A stretch of DNA of 41,028 nt from a virus (taxonomy: Duplodnaviria; Caudoviricetes). The translations under genes and the position numbers were made by a program. Below are positions 17,310 through 27,069 of the stretch, piece after piece (the first letter of the stretch is position 1; each line of letters starts with the position of its first letter). The stretch lies in IMG/VR virus record IMGVR_UViG_3300048998_000197, positions 1 through 41,028 of that record. The stretch is one strand, 5' to 3'. Below the pieces are notes generated by a model. It did not search any database. It was not told where the DNA came from and saw nothing but the letters and a program-made list of their open reading frames with translations.

Positions 17310-18518
17310 ATGCCCGTCGCATACAACCCCTGGAACCGCGCAGCGGCTGACGTGAACACGGACAGCGGGCCGGTTCGCGCCATCAAGTCGGGCGATGTGG
17401 GCCTCGGCGGACTCGAGGAGTCCCTCAGCTCCGCCCCGCCGCAGGTAGACCCGAACGTTGCCGTTCTCGGGCAGATGGGCGCGCGCAGCGCCGACGCCTC
17501 CAAGTATGCGATGGACTCCGGTCTGATCGCCAATCCGGCGACTGGCGGCTACGCTCGAGGCCTGACGCCTGAGCAGATGCGCGATTACCTGCTCGGTTCG
17601 GCCAGCAACCTTCCCCCGGTCGGGCGGCAGTTCAGCCCGAACGGCGCGATCGGCGCAGGGCGTACCGCCAACGGACTCGCACTCGACGCGTATTCCCGCT
17701 CTTCGAATCCGCTGGAGATGGCCCAGGATCCGACGGCGGACATCTCAGGCATGCAGCAGCAAGCCAGCTACCTCCGCGGTATCGTCGGTGGGGGTCGCAC
17801 CGCAGCTCAGGACCAGCTCGCAGCGGGGCTCAACTCCGCACGCGCCGGACAGGCCTCGATCGCTGCCGGTGTCCGCGGCTCCCAAGCCGCGGCAGCCCGC
17901 CGCAGCGCCCAGGAGGCGCAGCTTGACATCACGAACCAGGGCCGGGGCCAGATGGCCACCCAGCAGGCGGCCGACCGCCTGAGCGCCCAGGGGCAGCTGC
18001 AGGACCTGAACCAGGGGATCTCCACCGGACTCGGCAACCGTCAGGACCTCCTCACGGCCGGGCAGAGCGCGGACATCGCCGCCCAGGCCAAGGCGCAAGC
18101 GGGCCTGCAGGAGTCGCAGCGCGTGTTCCTGGCGAATCTGGCCACACGCAACGATCTGACCGCAGAGCAGAAGCAACAGATGCTGGCAGCCTGGCAGACG
18201 CGAGCGCAGGCGGACCGCATGGCGAGCACCTATGGGCTGCGGGCGCAGCAGATGTACGCCAACCAGCAGCTGGGCATGCTCGGCACGGACATCGGCGGAG
18301 CAGCAGCCGGTGGCCAGGTCACGGACCGGGTCAATATGGCGAAGTTCGACGACCGCACGCAGCGGGGCGCAGCGTCCATCTCCGCGATCGGCGCGGGCGC
18401 CGGTATGGCGATCCGCAGTCTCGGCGGCGGGGGTGGCGGCCAGAGCAGTCAGCCCACGGCGAGCTACGCGGGCGCTGATGTGAACGCAAGCACCAATCCT
18501 TACGCGGGGTACGCATGA
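17310..18518 (+). CDS. Internal virion (ejection) protein
   Basis: Ala/Gln/Gly-rich helical protein with a C-terminal glycine-zipper; follows the tail genes. Confidence 0.6.
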   Translation: MPVAYNPWNRAAADVNTDSGPVRAIKSGDVGLGGLEESLSSAPPQVDPNVAVLGQMGARSADASKYAMDSGLIANPATGGYARGLTPEQMRDYLLGSASNLPPVGRQFSPNGAIGAGRTANGLALDAYSRSSNPLEMAQDPTADISGMQQQASYLRGIVGGGRTAAQDQLAAGLNSARAGQASIAAGVRGSQAAAARRSAQEAQLDITNQGRGQMATQQAADRLSAQGQLQDLNQGISTGLGNRQDLLTAGQSADIAAQAKAQAGLQESQRVFLANLATRNDLTAEQKQQMLAAWQTRAQADRMASTYGLRAQQMYANQQLGMLGTDIGGAAAGGQVTDRVNMAKFDDRTQRGAASISAIGAGAGMAIRSLGGGGGGQSSQPTASYAGADVNASTNPYAGYA

Positions 18519-19630
18519 GCAGCTGGGCCGGAAGATTCGCGGGCAACGCACTTGACCCGCTCCATATCGTCTACAAGCCGGACGCACCGGACGACGCGAA
18601 CCGCGACGCGGCTATCGCAGCGTCCGCCCAGGCGGAGAACACCGCGACAGGTGACGCCGAACAGCGCTACGCCCAGATCTACGGCCACGCGCTCCCCACG
18701 ATCGCCCAGACGACGGGCAACTTCGCAGACGCTTCGCGCCTGCGCCAGGGCCAAGTCGTCGACGCAGCAACCGCGGCGGCAGACTTCCATCCCGGCACGT
18801 TCGACGCGCGGGAAGGACAGCCCCAGGACATCCGAGTCATGCAGGGCCAAGCGAACCTGCAGGACGCGGCAATGGCGGCGCGCGCAGCGCAGCTTGGGCA
18901 GCAACGGGCTGACCTGGGCGGAGTTCTCGCCGGGCAGGCGGGAATGGGGCCGAGCGTAGCAGCGAGCCAGCAAGCGGCGGCGCTCGACGCGGCGCGGCGC
19001 AACGCGGGTATTCACGCGGCGGCGGTGCACGGCGGCAACGCGGCGCTCGCAGCGCGCGGCGCGATGGGCGGGAACATGGCCCAGGGTCTGGCGGTCCAGG
19101 GCGCACAAGCGCGCGGGCAGGAGTTGGCGGGCCTTCGGGCTGCGGCGGGCGCGGGCCAACAGCGGCTGTTCGGCAACCAGCTGGGCATGGACCAGAGCTT
19201 GCAGCAGCAAGAGCAGCTGCGTAACACCCAGGAACTGGCTAACCGGGCGATGATCGCCAAGCAGGCGGGCCTGGCCTCCGACGCGTTCGGGCAGGCCGTG
19301 CGCGACTACAGGGTGGGCGGCGCGCTCACTAAGACGGCGGACTCGGCCAAGCTGAGCGCGTTCGACGACGGCATGTCCGACCAGGAAGGGGCCTTCGGCT
19401 CGTACCAGGACTACCTCCACAACCTGTACGGCACGTCCCTTGACACAGCCGTGAAGGCGGGGCAGCGCGCGTCGGGCAACCTGGACACGATCCTGGGCGC
19501 ACAACGCTCGCGCGACGCGGGTAACGCGGCGCTGGCTAGCACGCTCATCGGCGGTGTGATGGGTGCAGTGGGTGGCGGCGCCAAGGCGGCCACCAGCAAC
19601 AGCACCGACTATACGGGCGGAGGAGGTTGA
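18515..19630 (+). CDS. Internal virion (ejection) protein
   Basis: Ala/Gln/Gly-rich; C-terminal LIGGVMGAVGGG. Confidence 0.6.
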   Translation: MSSWAGRFAGNALDPLHIVYKPDAPDDANRDAAIAASAQAENTATGDAEQRYAQIYGHALPTIAQTTGNFADASRLRQGQVVDAATAAADFHPGTFDAREGQPQDIRVMQGQANLQDAAMAARAAQLGQQRADLGGVLAGQAGMGPSVAASQQAAALDAARRNAGIHAAAVHGGNAALAARGAMGGNMAQGLAVQGAQARGQELAGLRAAAGAGQQRLFGNQLGMDQSLQQQEQLRNTQELANRAMIAKQAGLASDAFGQAVRDYRVGGALTKTADSAKLSAFDDGMSDQEGAFGSYQDYLHNLYGTSLDTAVKAGQRASGNLDTILGAQRSRDAGNAALASTLIGGVMGAVGGGAKAATSNSTDYTGGGG

Positions 19631-19631
19631 C

Positions 19632-21356
19632 ATGCCAGACAACGAGCTGATGAGTGTGGATCCAGGGCAGGGCGTGGCAGCGGCCCCTCTTCCCGCTCCG
19701 GGCGTTCCCAGCAACATGGGCATCGATCTGTTGCCCCCACAGCCGGTGACCCCTGGCGTGGCCCCGGCGGCAGCAATCACCGCTCCCGCCGCGGCACCCG
19801 TGCCGGCGGCGCCGCAAGAGGACCAGCTCCAGCGCGCTCTGCGCCTCCTGGACACGGACAGCTCGCAGCTCAACCAGAGCGACTGGAACCTGATCGCAGC
19901 TGACCAGCTGATGAAGCAGAACCAGCTCGCCGCGGGAAGAGGCGGGCCCACGCACCAGGTGAAGGTGGGCGAGACGAACTCGTTCTCCACGCAGCGCACG
20001 AAGGTCGCCCCCGGCGCCAAGGCGGCGGACGCGGCCGTTGCCAGCTCCCTCGACCTCCAGGCCAAGGCGACGCTGGACCAGGCGCACGCCGCGCAGGCCG
20101 AGCTGGCCGCGAAGGCGGCGATGCAGGACCAGCACGCTCAGCAGCTGGCGCAGGACAACGCACAGCGCGCAGAAGCTGAGGCGGGCCGCCAGGCACGCAT
20201 GCAGCAGCTCGAGGCGGAGCAGACCCGTCTGGCCCAAGACGTGGCCAAGGAAGCCCGCGGCATCGACCCGGACCGCTGGCTGCACCAGTCGGCGGGCCGC
20301 GCCATCGGCGCCTCACTTGCCGCCGCGCTCGGTGCGTACGGTGCCACGCTGGCCAAGACGCCCAACTTCGCGCTGCAGATCATCAACGACGCCATAGACC
20401 GCGACTTCGCGGGGCAGAAGCTCAAGCTGCAGTCCAAGCAGGATCAGCAGTCGATGCAGGCCCGGACCATCGAGCGCACCCGCGCTCTGTTCGGCGACCA
20501 GCGCGCAGGCGACATGGCCGCCCGCGCCAACATCATGGAGCTGCACAAGGCCCAGCTGGAGCAGCTCGGGACCAAGTTCAAGCAAACCGAGGTCGAGGCG
20601 AACGCGGCCCAGTCCGTGGCTCTTCTCACCGAGGAACAGGCCAAGCTGCGCGCGCAAGCGGCGCATCTTGAGGACGTGCACCAGAGCAGCAACACTCAGT
20701 CGCAGGTGGCCACCGTCGACGGCACCGGTAACGCGGTGGGATCGGGCACAAAGGGCCAGGTTCCGCTGACTGCTTATGAGGTGAGCAAGCTTGCCTCGGA
20801 GCTGAAGAAGAAGAACGACGAGGCCAAGTTCACCGGCGGCGCCGACACGGCCAACCAGCAGCGCCGCACGCGTGAGACCCTCGACCGTTTCGCGGCGTTC
20901 AACACGATGCTGAACAGCACGATTCCCGCCTGGGAGAAGGCGACCAAGGACTCGGAGCTGATCGGCGCCGGCCCCTTCACGATCGACAAGGGCGCCCTGA
21001 GCCCCCGCTCGCAGGACAAGGAGCAGATCGGGAACACGGTCCGCATCCAGGCCGTCAAGGCATTCTCGGGTGCGCAGTCGTCCGACCAGGAGCGAGCGCA
21101 GATCGCGTCAACCTGGGTGCCCGACCCCAACGCCTCCGCGGAACGTCAGATCCGCGGCATGAAGCTGCAGATGGGCATCCGCGCCGCCGAGATGCGGGCG
21201 CTATACGACTCGCTCACACCCGACGGCAAGCAAGAGATGTTGCGCGCCGCGGGCGGCGGGCGCAAGCAGCTCGAGATGATGTTGGCCGGGAAGCCGGTCA
21301 ATGACTGGTACGAGATGGGCCGCGAGGCGGGCGGCACGTCCCACACAGGAGAGTGA
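19632..21356 (+). CDS. Internal virion (ejection) protein
   Basis: RBS aggagg; coiled coil; hydrophobic AIGASLAAALGAYGA followed by NFALQIINDAIDRD. Confidence 0.6.
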   Translation: MPDNELMSVDPGQGVAAAPLPAPGVPSNMGIDLLPPQPVTPGVAPAAAITAPAAAPVPAAPQEDQLQRALRLLDTDSSQLNQSDWNLIAADQLMKQNQLAAGRGGPTHQVKVGETNSFSTQRTKVAPGAKAADAAVASSLDLQAKATLDQAHAAQAELAAKAAMQDQHAQQLAQDNAQRAEAEAGRQARMQQLEAEQTRLAQDVAKEARGIDPDRWLHQSAGRAIGASLAAALGAYGATLAKTPNFALQIINDAIDRDFAGQKLKLQSKQDQQSMQARTIERTRALFGDQRAGDMAARANIMELHKAQLEQLGTKFKQTEVEANAAQSVALLTEEQAKLRAQAAHLEDVHQSSNTQSQVATVDGTGNAVGSGTKGQVPLTAYEVSKLASELKKKNDEAKFTGGADTANQQRRTRETLDRFAAFNTMLNSTIPAWEKATKDSELIGAGPFTIDKGALSPRSQDKEQIGNTVRIQAVKAFSGAQSSDQERAQIASTWVPDPNASAERQIRGMKLQMGIRAAEMRALYDSLTPDGKQEMLRAAGGGRKQLEMMLAGKPVNDWYEMGREAGGTSHTGE

Positions 21357-21359
21357 AGC

Positions 21360-24119
21360 ATGGGCGACCGCAACGTCAACCTGGTGAATCTACAGACGGG
21401 TGCGGTCGAAAACGCAGCGCCGGAGCAGGCGCAGGAGCAGTTCCTTCGGGGTGAGCGGGGCCTTGTCCCCGGCCAGACCATCCCGCTGGCTGCTCCTGAC
21501 GGTACGATCATGGACTTCGCCGCGGACAAAGTCCACGGCGCGGTCACCCAGGGTTGGCGCTTCGCGGGTTCGCCCGAGATCAAGCGCGCCGAGGCTGAGG
21601 CCCGGCCGGTCCAGGCTGCGCTCGAGGGCACGGCACACGGCCTGACGGCGGGCGCCAGCTCGCTCATGCTCCAGGCGCTGGGCGACAGCGGGCTCGAGGC
21701 CCGGTCGCAGACCGAGGCGTTCCGCAGTGGCGAAACGGCGGGAATGGTGGGCGGGCTCCTTCTTCCCGGTCTGGGTGAGGCAGCGACCGCAGTACGCGGC
21801 GCGGAAGCGGCGCGAGTCCTGGCCCCGGCGGCGCGGCTCGCAGCGGAGGCCCAGGCCACCAAGGCGGCAGGTGCGGCAGCGCTTGCTGAGGCGGCGGGCG
21901 AATCGGCCACGCGGCAGCTGGTCACGCGCGGCGCCGTCGACGGTGCGGCGTTCGGTGCCGTGGGCTCGATGAGCGAGGAGTCGCTGGGCAACCCGGAAGC
22001 GAACGCGCAGAGCATCCTGGCAGCGGGTGGCATGGGCGCGCTTCTGGGCGCGGGCCTCGGCGGCGGTATGGGCGCGGTCCTGGGCGGATCGGCGGACCTG
22101 GCCAAGGCCGGCTGGCGCAAGGCGCGGGAAGCGTTCCTGGACGCAGACCAAGTCGCGGCCCACCTGACCACGGCGGGCGTCGAGGCTGAGGCAGGAAACC
22201 CCATCGTGCGCAAGTTCACGCAGCTCGTGCGCGAGGACCTACCCGCGATGGCGGGCTACGACAAGCAGGCCATCCGCACGGTCAACAGCGCGCAGGCGCA
22301 GGCGTGGATCCGCGAAGGAGAGCAGACGCTCCAGACCAGCGTCCGCCAGACAGCGGACGCGTTCGACCGCGTGGCCCAGGAGCAGGGCGCGCTGGACCAG
22401 GTGCTGGCCGTCAAGCCCGACCTCGTGCGCGAAGTCAGCAAGACGGGCAACGCTGCGAGCGCGGTCAAGACGTTGGACCAGATCACGTCGGGCATGCGCG
22501 GGCAGCTGGCGGGCATCGAGGCGCTGGAGCGCGCGGGCCGCGGCGTCAAGACCGGCGCGGCAGAGGTCGGTAGGGCGCTCGACGAGGCGGAGAACGCCGT
22601 GTTCAAGAGCGCAGGCGTCAAGCGGGCAGAGTTCCCCGGCATGGAGGACCCCCACTACCTGAGCCGCCTGCACGAGAACTACGAGCTTCCCGGTAAGGTG
22701 GCCGGCGAGACGTTCGCCCAGCTGGGCCGTTTGCACAGCGTGCTCGACAATGCCGCCCGCAAGGCCCCGGACGAGTTCCGCGGCATGTACCGCGAGATGG
22801 CGGACTTCGCATCCAAGAGCCTGGAGGACTCCAGCATCTGGGGCTCAGGCGCAGCCACTGCCCATCGCGAGATGGCCGGCGCGCTCCGCGCGCGCGACGC
22901 TGCCTGGGAAGCGATCCAGAAGCGCCTGCCCGTGGCCGAGGGTCGCGTGGACCGCGGGGCCATCGAAAGCCTGGCGCGGGACTTGCGCTCCGTGAAGGGC
23001 GACGATCGCCTGGCCGCGCTGCAGCAGTGGCACACCGCGTACGCCAACTTGGCGGATGTGGCAGAACGCCACTACGTCGGCGGTAAGAACATGGCCGTTC
23101 GGGCCAACGTCGCGATCCGCGACTTCGACCGCACGGTGGAGCACCTGCAGCAGAAGCAAGCCGTGTTCAACGCCTTGAACTCGCTGGACCGCCAGCACGC
23201 CCAGATGAGCCAGCACACCAGCGGCGCCGCCAGCTGGGCGCTGGGCTCCGTGTTCGGGGTCAAGGGTCTGGCTGCCCAGGCGCTCGTCGGCACCATCAGC
23301 AATCCTTCCCGCATCGCGCGCGTGCGCGCGGCGACGGCGGACATGCGCCAGGCCGTGGCCGAGTCCATCACCGCCAGTGCCAAGAGCATGGTGCACGCGG
23401 TGCCTCTCGAGAAGGCGCCCGACATGCTCATCCGCGGCACGTCGCGTGCGACCCAGGCGATCATCGAGGCCAAGAACATCTCAGAGCGGGAAGAGGCATA
23501 CAAGGACCGCGTGGCCGAGCTGAACCGGCTCACGGACCCGATGGCCATTCAGGACCACCTGAACACGGCGACCCGCGACATGGCGGACTCCATTCCCGCC
23601 CATGCCACCGCAGCCCAAGCCCAGGCCACACAAGCACTGGCCTACCTGCAGGCGCGCGTACCGCAAGCCGCCGCGCCAGCGGCCGGCGGACTCGCAGCGA
23701 TGAACCGTCCGCTCACCCCCGGCGCCAGCGAGATGCTGAAGTTCGGGCGCATCGACCACGCGGTGCAGGCGCCGCTGGCGGTTATCCACGAAGCCGCGCG
23801 TACAGGGCAGGTAGATCACGCACAGGTGCAGGTCATCCGCGACCTGTATCCGGCACTCGCACAGCAGCTGACGTTGCAGCTCCACCATGAGCTGGGCCAG
23901 CTGGGCGCGGGCGCACCGGCGGCGCGGCAGCGTCGGGTCCTGGAAGCCTTCCTGGGCGCCGAGCCTGGGGGTGCCTACCTCAAGCGTGCGCAGAGCGTCC
24001 ACGCGGCGGCAAACGCCGGCAAACCGGGTCCCAAGCCGTCGGCGTCCCGTAGTACAGGGGCCGGCTCCTCCGCTGCCTCGTCTCAGCAGTCCGTAACCCA
24101 GAAGCTGGAGTCCCGCTGA
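21360..24119 (+). CDS. Large internal virion (DNA ejection) protein
   Basis: 919 aa, Ala-rich, several glycine-zipper hydrophobic segments. Confidence 0.65.
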   Translation: MGDRNVNLVNLQTGAVENAAPEQAQEQFLRGERGLVPGQTIPLAAPDGTIMDFAADKVHGAVTQGWRFAGSPEIKRAEAEARPVQAALEGTAHGLTAGASSLMLQALGDSGLEARSQTEAFRSGETAGMVGGLLLPGLGEAATAVRGAEAARVLAPAARLAAEAQATKAAGAAALAEAAGESATRQLVTRGAVDGAAFGAVGSMSEESLGNPEANAQSILAAGGMGALLGAGLGGGMGAVLGGSADLAKAGWRKAREAFLDADQVAAHLTTAGVEAEAGNPIVRKFTQLVREDLPAMAGYDKQAIRTVNSAQAQAWIREGEQTLQTSVRQTADAFDRVAQEQGALDQVLAVKPDLVREVSKTGNAASAVKTLDQITSGMRGQLAGIEALERAGRGVKTGAAEVGRALDEAENAVFKSAGVKRAEFPGMEDPHYLSRLHENYELPGKVAGETFAQLGRLHSVLDNAARKAPDEFRGMYREMADFASKSLEDSSIWGSGAATAHREMAGALRARDAAWEAIQKRLPVAEGRVDRGAIESLARDLRSVKGDDRLAALQQWHTAYANLADVAERHYVGGKNMAVRANVAIRDFDRTVEHLQQKQAVFNALNSLDRQHAQMSQHTSGAASWALGSVFGVKGLAAQALVGTISNPSRIARVRAATADMRQAVAESITASAKSMVHAVPLEKAPDMLIRGTSRATQAIIEAKNISEREEAYKDRVAELNRLTDPMAIQDHLNTATRDMADSIPAHATAAQAQATQALAYLQARVPQAAAPAAGGLAAMNRPLTPGASEMLKFGRIDHAVQAPLAVIHEAARTGQVDHAQVQVIRDLYPALAQQLTLQLHHELGQLGAGAPAARQRRVLEAFLGAEPGGAYLKRAQSVHAAANAGKPGPKPSASRSTGAGSSAASSQQSVTQKLESR

Positions 24120-24120
24120 T

Positions 24121-24537
24121 ATGCGCAACATTGAAGTCCCCGTCTGCAGTAACCACCAAGACAGCGTCACGTTCAAGTCCAAGTGGCTGGACGTACGCTC
24201 CTGCGCGGTGCTGCACCTCCACTTTTCGATTGCCGCCACGGGCACGCCCGTAGGCGCCATCACGATCGAGGAGAGCAACGACCCGCAGATCGCGCGCACC
24301 ATGCTGGGCACCAGCCCCCAGGGCGACTCGACGGCGGACTCGGTGGCGAAGGTCGACATCTCGGCGGACAGCGCCCGCGTGAAGATCAACGGCACCGGGC
24401 TGGCTGTGAACGGCGCCAACAGCACGATCGTGAAGATCAGCGACCCCGCCAGCTACATCCGCTTCGTGTACACCGTGACCAGCGGCGGCAGCGCCTCCAC
24501 GGGCTTCACGTGCTGGGCCCTGGGCAAAGACACATGA
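24121..24537 (+). CDS. Small beta-sandwich protein, probably virion-associated
   Basis: GAITIEESND..YIRFVYTVTSG pattern. Confidence 0.55.
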   Translation: MRNIEVPVCSNHQDSVTFKSKWLDVRSCAVLHLHFSIAATGTPVGAITIEESNDPQIARTMLGTSPQGDSTADSVAKVDISADSARVKINGTGLAVNGANSTIVKISDPASYIRFVYTVTSGGSASTGFTCWALGKDT

Positions 24538-24809
24538 GCGACCAGCTCCCAACCGACCCCGCGCCTGCGCCGGGGTCGTCTTCTCCGCTCGCCGCGGTCC
24601 TGAACGCGGTCGAGCGCTTGGCCGTTGTGGGCGGCATCACGTACGTATGGGGCTCCGGGAAGCTGGACTCAACCCTCGCCGTCGTGGCCCTGCTCGCCGT
24701 AGTCGGCGTGTCGATGGGTGAGCGCAAGTTCGGAGGCGGGAAGGGCGGGGCCAGCGTCGTGCTGGCGTTGACCGGCGTCGCTTCGAGCCTGGGCGCCTAC
24801 GTGATCTGA
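24534..24809 (+). CDS. Membrane protein, holin candidate
   Basis: ATGA overlap; 91 aa with two or three hydrophobic segments. Confidence 0.45.
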   Translation: MSDQLPTDPAPAPGSSSPLAAVLNAVERLAVVGGITYVWGSGKLDSTLAVVALLAVVGVSMGERKFGGGKGGASVVLALTGVASSLGAYVI

Positions 24810-24817
24810 GGAGTTCC

Positions 24818-25831
24818 ATGGCCGACCGCGAAATCACCCTGCCGGTTCAGCGCATCAACGCAGACGATTCCTGGGGCGTGCGCACCAGGGAGAAGCTGCG
24901 CGAGCTGGCCGGGAAGATGGGGCCGTCGCCCGCGGAGCGCGTGGCGCAGGAGGCGGAGGCCAGCAAGTCGTTCGCTGACCTGGGTACGGCCAAGGGCATG
25001 GGCAGCCGTGCGGCGGCCTACCTGCTTGGTCCGATGGCGGGCGCTGTGCCGGAGACCCCGGTGGCCGCGGCGGCGATGGGCGGCGCGATGGGCGCGCTCA
25101 ACGGCTACGCGGACGACACCGAGCACAAGCTCTCCTCGACAGCGCTGGGCGCGGGCGGCGGTGCGCTGCTGTCGGGCACGGCGGCCAAGCTGTTCGGCGC
25201 CCGGCCCGCCAAGATTGCGGCGGAGGTGGCGGCGCCGGAGCGCGACCCGGCCAACATGCTGGAGGTGGCCAAGCGCGGCAAGGCCATGATGAAGGAGCTG
25301 AGCCCGGCAGAGCTGGAGGCGCGGCGCCGCTGGGTGCACACGAACTCGAGCGAGATCCAGAAGGCCGACGCTGCGCGCGAGACGACGGGCGAGTACGGCC
25401 AGCTGGCCCAGCAGCTCAAGCGGATGGCGGAGAAGCACCCCAGCCCGCCCGCGACGCTCTACCGCGGAGCCCATCTTCCCGCTGAGGCGGTCGACGACAT
25501 GGCACGCTCCGGCAGCACGATCACCAAGCGCATGGAGAGCTGGTCCACCAACCCGGAGACGTCGCAGGCGTTCGCCCTGGGCAAGAACATCCCAGGCAAG
25601 GTGCCGGTCATCTTCCGCCAGCAGAAGGCTACGGGCCTGGCCCTGAACCCGCTGGAGTCCGAAGTGCTGGTGCCCACCGCCAAGGACTACCGCGTGCAGT
25701 CCATCGGCACGGCCCCCGACGGCACCAAGATCGTGGACGTGGTCGTGGACACCGGGCGCGCGGCGCGGGAAGCCGCCCGCGGCGTGATGGGCGCGGCCCA
25801 CACGCTGCTCCCCGGTCGGTCGAAGCGCTGA
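24818..25831 (+). CDS. ADP-ribosyltransferase domain protein (R-S-E class) with an ejection-protein-like N-terminus
   Basis: TLYRG (R), ESWSTN (SxS) and LESEVL (ExE) in canonical order, preceded by the helical LSPAELEARRRW..QLKRMAEKHP region. Confidence 0.75.
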   Translation: MADREITLPVQRINADDSWGVRTREKLRELAGKMGPSPAERVAQEAEASKSFADLGTAKGMGSRAAAYLLGPMAGAVPETPVAAAAMGGAMGALNGYADDTEHKLSSTALGAGGGALLSGTAAKLFGARPAKIAAEVAAPERDPANMLEVAKRGKAMMKELSPAELEARRRWVHTNSSEIQKADAARETTGEYGQLAQQLKRMAEKHPSPPATLYRGAHLPAEAVDDMARSGSTITKRMESWSTNPETSQAFALGKNIPGKVPVIFRQQKATGLALNPLESEVLVPTAKDYRVQSIGTAPDGTKIVDVVVDTGRAAREAARGVMGAAHTLLPGRSKR

Positions 25832-25873
25832 CCCCGTCCCGGGCAGCTGTACAAACCTGAACCCGGAGTTACG

Positions 25874-26137
25874 ATGCGTACGATTGCTGCACTGTGCCTG
25901 GCGCTTGCGTTCCCTCTTCCCGCGTGCCTCACCAGCACGGAGACCAAGGCCGTTGTGGAGAACAGCGCTGTGACGCTGGGCCACGCGCTCGAAGCCGTGC
26001 GCGAGGTCTACCTGGCCGCGTGCCCGACGCGCGACGACGATGCGGGCCCCGCCCCGCAGTCACCCCAATGTGCCAAGGCTCGCGACGCGTTCAACGCGGC
26101 GGAGCGTGAGTACATGAAGGTCAACGACTCACTGTAA
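25874..26137 (+). CDS. Lipoprotein, spanin-like candidate
   Basis: MRTIAALCLALAFPLPAC lipobox; helical mature part with a Cys pair. Confidence 0.6.
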   Translation: MRTIAALCLALAFPLPACLTSTETKAVVENSAVTLGHALEAVREVYLAACPTRDDDAGPAPQSPQCAKARDAFNAAEREYMKVNDSL

Positions 26138-26145
26138 AGGACACC

Positions 26146-26238
26146 ATGCCCCAGATCCTACTCCAGATTGCTCTCGCCGCCCTGAAGCTGGTCGGCATCA
26201 AGGTCAAGAAGGGCCCGGACATCAAGCCCCTGCCGTGA
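26146..26238 (+). CDS. 30-aa cationic amphipathic peptide
   Basis: RBS aagga; MPQILLQIALAALKLVGIKVKKGPDIKPLP; high GC3; last ORF before a terminator. Confidence 0.6.
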   Translation: MPQILLQIALAALKLVGIKVKKGPDIKPLP

Positions 26239-26261
26239 CCTCTGCCACGTGAGAACTCGAT

Positions 26262-26301
26262 AGCCCTCGGAGCCAGCCGGTTCCGGGGGCTTTCGTTTGT
26301 T
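26262..26301 (+). terminator. Intrinsic terminator ending the virion/lysis operon
   Basis: agccctcggagcc / ggttccgggggct stem followed by ttcgtttgtt. Confidence 0.75.
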
Positions 26302-26449
26302 CAGTGAGGCGTAGCACCGCGCCACAGTGTGGCAGCCGTGTGTCCGGGGTTCCCCTTATCGGGGGTTTCCATATCTTAGCGATCCCCCTCGCTTAGGGGT
26401 CTTGTCAGCCTGGCACCCGCCGTGCAATACGGTCGGGCAGGAGGACACG

Positions 26450-26887
26450 ATGATTGCCACAGACGTTCAGACCGCCAGCCCCGCAGTGAAACGCCAGGCC
26501 CGCTACGAGTGGGAGCTGGACCACATCATCCTTGATGCGGCGTGGGGCGCGCGCAACACGCAGGACCTGCGCCAGCAGCTCGATAAGAAGGTGTTCAGCG
26601 ACCCGCGGTACGACCGGATCCCCAAGTACCGCCAGATCGCGCTCGAGGCCTACACCCGCGGCGTGCTCGATGCCATGGCCCGGTTCGCCAAGCTGCCCGA
26701 GTCCGCGGTGCCCCACGTCGAACGGCCCAAGGCCCGCCCCAGCGACCGCCCAAAGCGCGGCAGCAAGACGGTGCCACCCTCCCTGCACCCCACCCCACGG
26801 GCGGGCACAGCGGACCTGCCAGGCTGGACGATGCCCCCTCCGCCCCCCTTCCCGCCAGCTGCCGACCTGGGAGGAGCCCATCCGTGA
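26450..26887 (+). CDS. Hypothetical protein with Pro-rich tail
   Basis: RBS aggagg; possible promoter TTGTCA-17 nt-CAATAC at 26402-26430. Confidence 0.65.
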   Translation: MIATDVQTASPAVKRQARYEWELDHIILDAAWGARNTQDLRQQLDKKVFSDPRYDRIPKYRQIALEAYTRGVLDAMARFAKLPESAVPHVERPKARPSDRPKRGSKTVPPSLHPTPRAGTADLPGWTMPPPPPFPPAADLGGAHP

Positions 26888-27069
26888 AACAAGAGCATAA
26901 GGACGAGTTCACCCGCATCATGTGGCGCGTCCGGCTCATCGAGCTGGGCCAGGTCAAGCCTGGCCTTGCTCGGTTGTACAGACGGCAGTGTCGTATCCTG
27001 TGGGACCTGTGGCTGGACCGCTCGAGGCGTCCGCGGATCCCACCCAAGCTCAAGCCGCCGCGCCTTTGA
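26884..27069 (+). CDS. Small basic hypothetical protein
   Basis: GTGA overlap, RBS ggagg. Confidence 0.5.
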   Translation: MKQEHKDEFTRIMWRVRLIELGQVKPGLARLYRRQCRILWDLWLDRSRRPRIPPKLKPPRL

